From a bacterium (GTDB taxonomy: Bacteria; JAMCPX01), in NCBI GenBank assembly GCA_037439545.1, contig JBBIVV010000001.1, positions 96,001 through 160,000 on the forward strand: DNA of 64,000 nucleotides, in the 5' to 3' direction. The notes below the pieces were generated by a model. That model did no database searches. It worked only from the letters and a program-made list of their open reading frames with translations, and had not been told where the DNA came from. Below are positions 60,289-64,000 of the stretch, in pieces (position 1 is the first letter of the stretch; each line of letters begins with the position of its first letter). The position numbers and the translations under genes are program-made.

Positions 60289-62024
60289 TGGCAAGACTTA
60301 TATTTAAAAATAAATATGATGTTTATGAAATTTCAAAAAAGATAACGACCATCAGCGTATCTTCCGAGGCTGACATCCGGCTCCCGGAAAATTATGATTC
60401 CCTATGCTATATAGAAAAGAAGGGCGACGGGTTTTATATAGAAACTATCAAGGGCAAGGGCATTATCGTAAACGATAAGCAGGTCAAGCATAAAAAACTT
60501 GAATTTGGTGATCTTATAAATACGGGCAATGATCTCGGTGTATTTATAGATACGGGGCCGCTCGATACAAAACTGTCGGAACCGGCAGGCCGGGTCAGCG
60601 GCGGGATAAAATCACCTTCAGCTTCAAATAATAAAGGTTACCTGGCAGAACCGGAATCTCTCTCTCACGGGGTGAAAAAAGAGACCGTTGATTTCCTTAT
60701 AGAAAGTCATGGACTAAAAGACGTATCCAGGGCAATCCTCGATAAGTTGATATCGGAAACACATGCAGAAAAAGGGCTCGTGCTCTTAATTGAAGACGGT
60801 GAACCGACTATACTTGTCGGAGCGGAAAAAGATGGAATGGATCTTTTGAGCGGGTTCAGTGAAACGATTATCAAAACAGTCCTTCTTGATAAAGAGCCGC
60901 TTTTATCGAATAATGTGCTGTCGGACAGAAGGTTTTCGCCGTCAAAAAGCATTACAGCTTTAAAAATAATGGCTACCATAGTTGTTCCTATACTCAGCAG
61001 CAACTCAACGTACGGATTTATTTACCTCTGGAATTCCGACATCGAACATACTTTTTCTGAGACAACCCTTATACCATGCAGGTTTTATGCATGGGTCCTT
61101 GCGACACTCATAGAAAACGAAAGGTTAAAACATGGTATAAAAACAACCTTTAAGCGGATTGAAACAGCCCAGCAGTCCATAGCCTGGCACGGGCTTGAAT
61201 CTGATGATCCTTCTATGATTGCACTGTTCGGGCAGTGCGAGAAACTGAGTAAAATAGACAGCACTATCGTTTTTTATGGAGAACAGGGAACGGGGAAAAA
61301 ATCACTGGCAAAGATCATTCATCAGCTTTCACGCCCTGATGGATATATGCATGTACTCAAGGTAAAAGATAAGAGTATGGAAGTTTTGACGGATGAACTC
61401 TCCATCTTGGCACGCACCGATTCGTCAGAGGGAGTGCAGGGTAAAAAAGGAACCATGGTAATCGACGGGCTCGAATATATACCGGAAAATCTGTATCCCG
61501 TCTTAAGCGGCATCATCGATACGTCACGGCATGCACGATGGATATTTCTTATGGAAAACAATCCGGACACAATTGAGCATAAGCTTGACGGCAGACTCAG
61601 GGCACGGCTCGGTGAGATTATCCTGTATGTACCGCCGCTCAGGGACAGAGGGTCCGACACTGAATTGCTGACCGCGAAGTTCTTGGATGAATTTTCTGCA
61701 TTATATTCAAAGGATATAAAAGGTTTTACAGAGAAAGCAGAAATTCTCCTGAAGAACCATACCTGGAAAGGTAACATTGAGGAGCTTAGAAATGTTATCA
61801 GGAATGCGGTCGTAGAGGCAGAGACGGATGTGATAGATGCGGATTTACTGAATATGCCTTTGTCCGATGCACACCTTACCTCTCTCGGTCAGGCAAAAGA
61901 AGAATTCATGAAGCGTTACATTAAAATGGCTTTGGATGCGGCCGGGGGCGATAAGATAAAGGCAGCGGCCATGCTCAGGGTCAGCCAGAGGACTATTTAT
62001 AAATATCTTGAAGAGGGGACATGA
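60288..62024 (+). CDS. FHA-GAF-AAA+-HTH enhancer-binding-like regulator (degenerate)
   Basis: FHA-like N-terminus, GAF (SETIIKTV...SKSI), GEQGTGK, VPPLRDR, WKGNIEEL, Fis-type HTH. Confidence 0.78.
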   Translation: MARLIFKNKYDVYEISKKITTISVSSEADIRLPENYDSLCYIEKKGDGFYIETIKGKGIIVNDKQVKHKKLEFGDLINTGNDLGVFIDTGPLDTKLSEPAGRVSGGIKSPSASNNKGYLAEPESLSHGVKKETVDFLIESHGLKDVSRAILDKLISETHAEKGLVLLIEDGEPTILVGAEKDGMDLLSGFSETIIKTVLLDKEPLLSNNVLSDRRFSPSKSITALKIMATIVVPILSSNSTYGFIYLWNSDIEHTFSETTLIPCRFYAWVLATLIENERLKHGIKTTFKRIETAQQSIAWHGLESDDPSMIALFGQCEKLSKIDSTIVFYGEQGTGKKSLAKIIHQLSRPDGYMHVLKVKDKSMEVLTDELSILARTDSSEGVQGKKGTMVIDGLEYIPENLYPVLSGIIDTSRHARWIFLMENNPDTIEHKLDGRLRARLGEIILYVPPLRDRGSDTELLTAKFLDEFSALYSKDIKGFTEKAEILLKNHTWKGNIEELRNVIRNAVVEAETDVIDADLLNMPLSDAHLTSLGQAKEEFMKRYIKMALDAAGGDKIKAAAMLRVSQRTIYKYLEEGT

Positions 62025-62431
62025 GAACGGTTACCCCAAAAATGGTTTTACCGGCATTACTTCTGGTCTTCAGCTCTATCACGCTCCAGAGTTGCGGCGT
62101 TCCCGACAACATACATGGGAAGACAGGTAAAACGAATACACCTCCGTTCATAACAGGGTATTCCCCTGCAGAAAAAAGCATTTCGGCAAAAGACGGAGAC
62201 CTTTTAAACTTCTGGATAAAGGCGCAGGATTCTGATAATGATCCGTTAACATATACATGGAATTTAAATGGAGGAGATGTTTCGAAAGTGAGCGGGTCGT
62301 TGTTGGACGGGACATACTACAGTTTTAATGTTAATATATCGCAGGGAACCAGCCAACAGCTCATTGTTTTTATAAACGATCCGTACAATAACATAGTGGA
62401 ATGGGCATGGCTTATCAATGTAACGAGATGA
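62021..62431 (+). CDS. Hypothetical lipoprotein with Ig/cadherin-like domain
   Basis: Lipobox LQSC; NTPP...AQDSDNDPLTYTW motif. Confidence 0.7.
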   Translation: MRTVTPKMVLPALLLVFSSITLQSCGVPDNIHGKTGKTNTPPFITGYSPAEKSISAKDGDLLNFWIKAQDSDNDPLTYTWNLNGGDVSKVSGSLLDGTYYSFNVNISQGTSQQLIVFINDPYNNIVEWAWLINVTR

Positions 62432-62448
62432 GGAGAGGATAATTTATT

Positions 62449-63621
62449 ATGGAGAACACGCCGCATAACGTGGTTATTATAGAGATAAACAAGCAAAAGC
62501 TGAAATCATACATAACGGATGCCGATAATGCCCGCGTGCTCCATTCCGGCATACTTGAGCCGGCAAGCTTTTTCACGATAGTCGAGAAACTATTGTTGAA
62601 CAACTTTCACGGCATTATATTATTCGATTTTATCGATGTGCAGAAGGTCGTGTATGTGAAGGACGGAGAGGTCATCTTTGCGAGGTCGAGTGTAAACGAT
62701 GAAAGGCTCGGCGAAACATTGTGCAGAATGGGCAAGTTGACAATCGACGAGATGAACAGGGCATCAAAGGAGATTACCCCTGCCAGAAAGCTCGGAAAGA
62801 TACTTGTCGAGAATGGACACATCACACCCAGAGACCTGTGGCTCGGGGTAAGGCGGCAGATATTTGAGATTTGGGGCAGTTATATCATGCCGTTAAACCA
62901 TCAGAATAAACCATGGTTCCATGTAATAGAATCCGTTATCGATGATTCAAATAAAGTAAAACCCAACAACAATATGTTTGACAGCTTGTTTGAATTCCTT
63001 AGAGAAAAGGCAGGGTCAACCGATGTCTCCGCAATGCCTGAAGTTACTGCCGATGATTTAGTTTGTCTGAATTATCTGACGAATTCTATAACGGCATTTA
63101 ACCCTCTTGAGAAGGCAATAATAAAACATTTACTGACAGTCAATAATCTGTCCATTTCAAAACTTGCAATGGATATAAAGGTGGATCTGAAGACCATAGA
63201 AAATGCGTTGAAACCGCTTTTATATTCAGGCATGCTGAATATCAACAAACAAGCGGGCAGGTCTGAACAGAAAACAGAAGATGTAAAATTTGAAGAACTC
63301 CTGACTCTGACGAATGCAATCATGACAAGCATTACGGAGATAATGCAAAAAAAGGCGGCGCATGTCGATTTCAAGGCAAGCGTAAGGGATTATATCAGGT
63401 TGTCCGGAGGTATGTTTAAGGATTGTCCGGTAAATGAAAACGGCTGTTTTGATACTTCCAGGATAACGGCCGTCTATAAAAAATCACAGCTTCTTTCCCC
63501 TTATGACGAAGCGGTCATCATCATCAAGGAGCTCATACAATTCGAACTCTTTGAAATGAAAAACTACCTTTCCAAGGATCAGACGATAGAACTTGAGAAC
63601 ATAATTGCCACGTTAGGATAA
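62449..63621 (+). CDS. DUF4388 (PATAN-like) domain protein
   Basis: KVVYVKDGEVIFARSS..DERLGETL...RKLGKILVENG. Confidence 0.72.
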   Translation: MENTPHNVVIIEINKQKLKSYITDADNARVLHSGILEPASFFTIVEKLLLNNFHGIILFDFIDVQKVVYVKDGEVIFARSSVNDERLGETLCRMGKLTIDEMNRASKEITPARKLGKILVENGHITPRDLWLGVRRQIFEIWGSYIMPLNHQNKPWFHVIESVIDDSNKVKPNNNMFDSLFEFLREKAGSTDVSAMPEVTADDLVCLNYLTNSITAFNPLEKAIIKHLLTVNNLSISKLAMDIKVDLKTIENALKPLLYSGMLNINKQAGRSEQKTEDVKFEELLTLTNAIMTSITEIMQKKAAHVDFKASVRDYIRLSGGMFKDCPVNENGCFDTSRITAVYKKSQLLSPYDEAVIIIKELIQFELFEMKNYLSKDQTIELENIIATLG

Positions 63622-63622
63622 A

Positions 63623-64000
63623 ATGGCTACAAAGTTTAATTTAGAAAACTTCATAAAAATCACAAACAATATAAACTTCGATACGTTTTTGAAGCAGAAA
63701 TCTGATTTTGCGCTTGAAAGCGATACGAATATAGATATAACGAGTTTCGGAGACGCATTTATCATTATAAGAAAGACATCCGGTAACACGGAAGAGCCTA
63801 TAAAACCAGTCTTTATGGGCAATCTGAGTCACCTGCATGTTGCGGATGTTTTTTCGATGATAAATATGCTTCAAAAGACAGGCATGCTTGTAATCAAATC
63901 GGATAAAAAAGTTAAAAGTGTTTATTTCATGAAAGGTGAAATCGTATTTGCTTCATCAAATCAGCCTGAAGACAGGTTAGGTTACCTGCTGTATAAAATG
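63623..64000 (+). CDS. Second DUF4388-like protein (3'-truncated; absent from the ORF track)
   Basis: Manual translation MATKFNLENF...FMGNLSHLHVADVFSMINMLQKTGML...KSVYFMKGEIVFASSNQPEDRLGYLLYKM, open to the window end. Confidence 0.8.
   Translation, partial: MATKFNLENFIKITNNINFDTFLKQKSDFALESDTNIDITSFGDAFIIIRKTSGNTEEPIKPVFMGNLSHLHVADVFSMINMLQKTGMLVIKSDKKVKSVYFMKGEIVFASSNQPEDRLGYLLYKM

Overview
Gene-dense chromosomal segment from a diderm bacterium (LptE, TonB system). Gene content suggests a Deltaproteobacteria-like lineage (inference). Left core block: mrdA-rodA-gcvPB convergent with an M50 protease-trpS-scpA-scpB-rnhB operon. An accessory-looking block (~10-27 kb) encodes a lipoprotein GH1 glycosidase, a P3A-type H+-ATPase, a PAS hybrid kinase, an octaheme HAO-family cytochrome with a CydA-like membrane protein, a TonB-dependent receptor plus TonB, 4-hydroxybutyryl-CoA dehydratase and an NtrB/NtrC-type pair; its intergenic spaces carry MITE/REP-like repeats. 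Next is a ~14 kb TCA supercluster (acn-icd-mdh-fumAB-sdhCDAB-sucCD-korDABC) with no citrate synthase or citrate lyase, running into a class V aminotransferase, serA, hisZ and purA. The right part holds rpsT/holA/lptE, tRNA-Ser(CGA), pncA, a radical SAM gene, nnr, polA, a TPM-NTase-LemA cassette and an operon with a degenerate FHA-GAF-AAA+ regulator and tandem DUF4388-like proteins. No CRISPR array, rRNA, integrase or transposase was seen. All calls come from motif recognition by eye; no database searches were run. Best candidates for something new: the octaheme + orphan CydA-like redox module, a multi-hairpin GC-rich element at ~7.74-7.87 kb, and the pseudo-ATPase/DUF4388 signalling operon.
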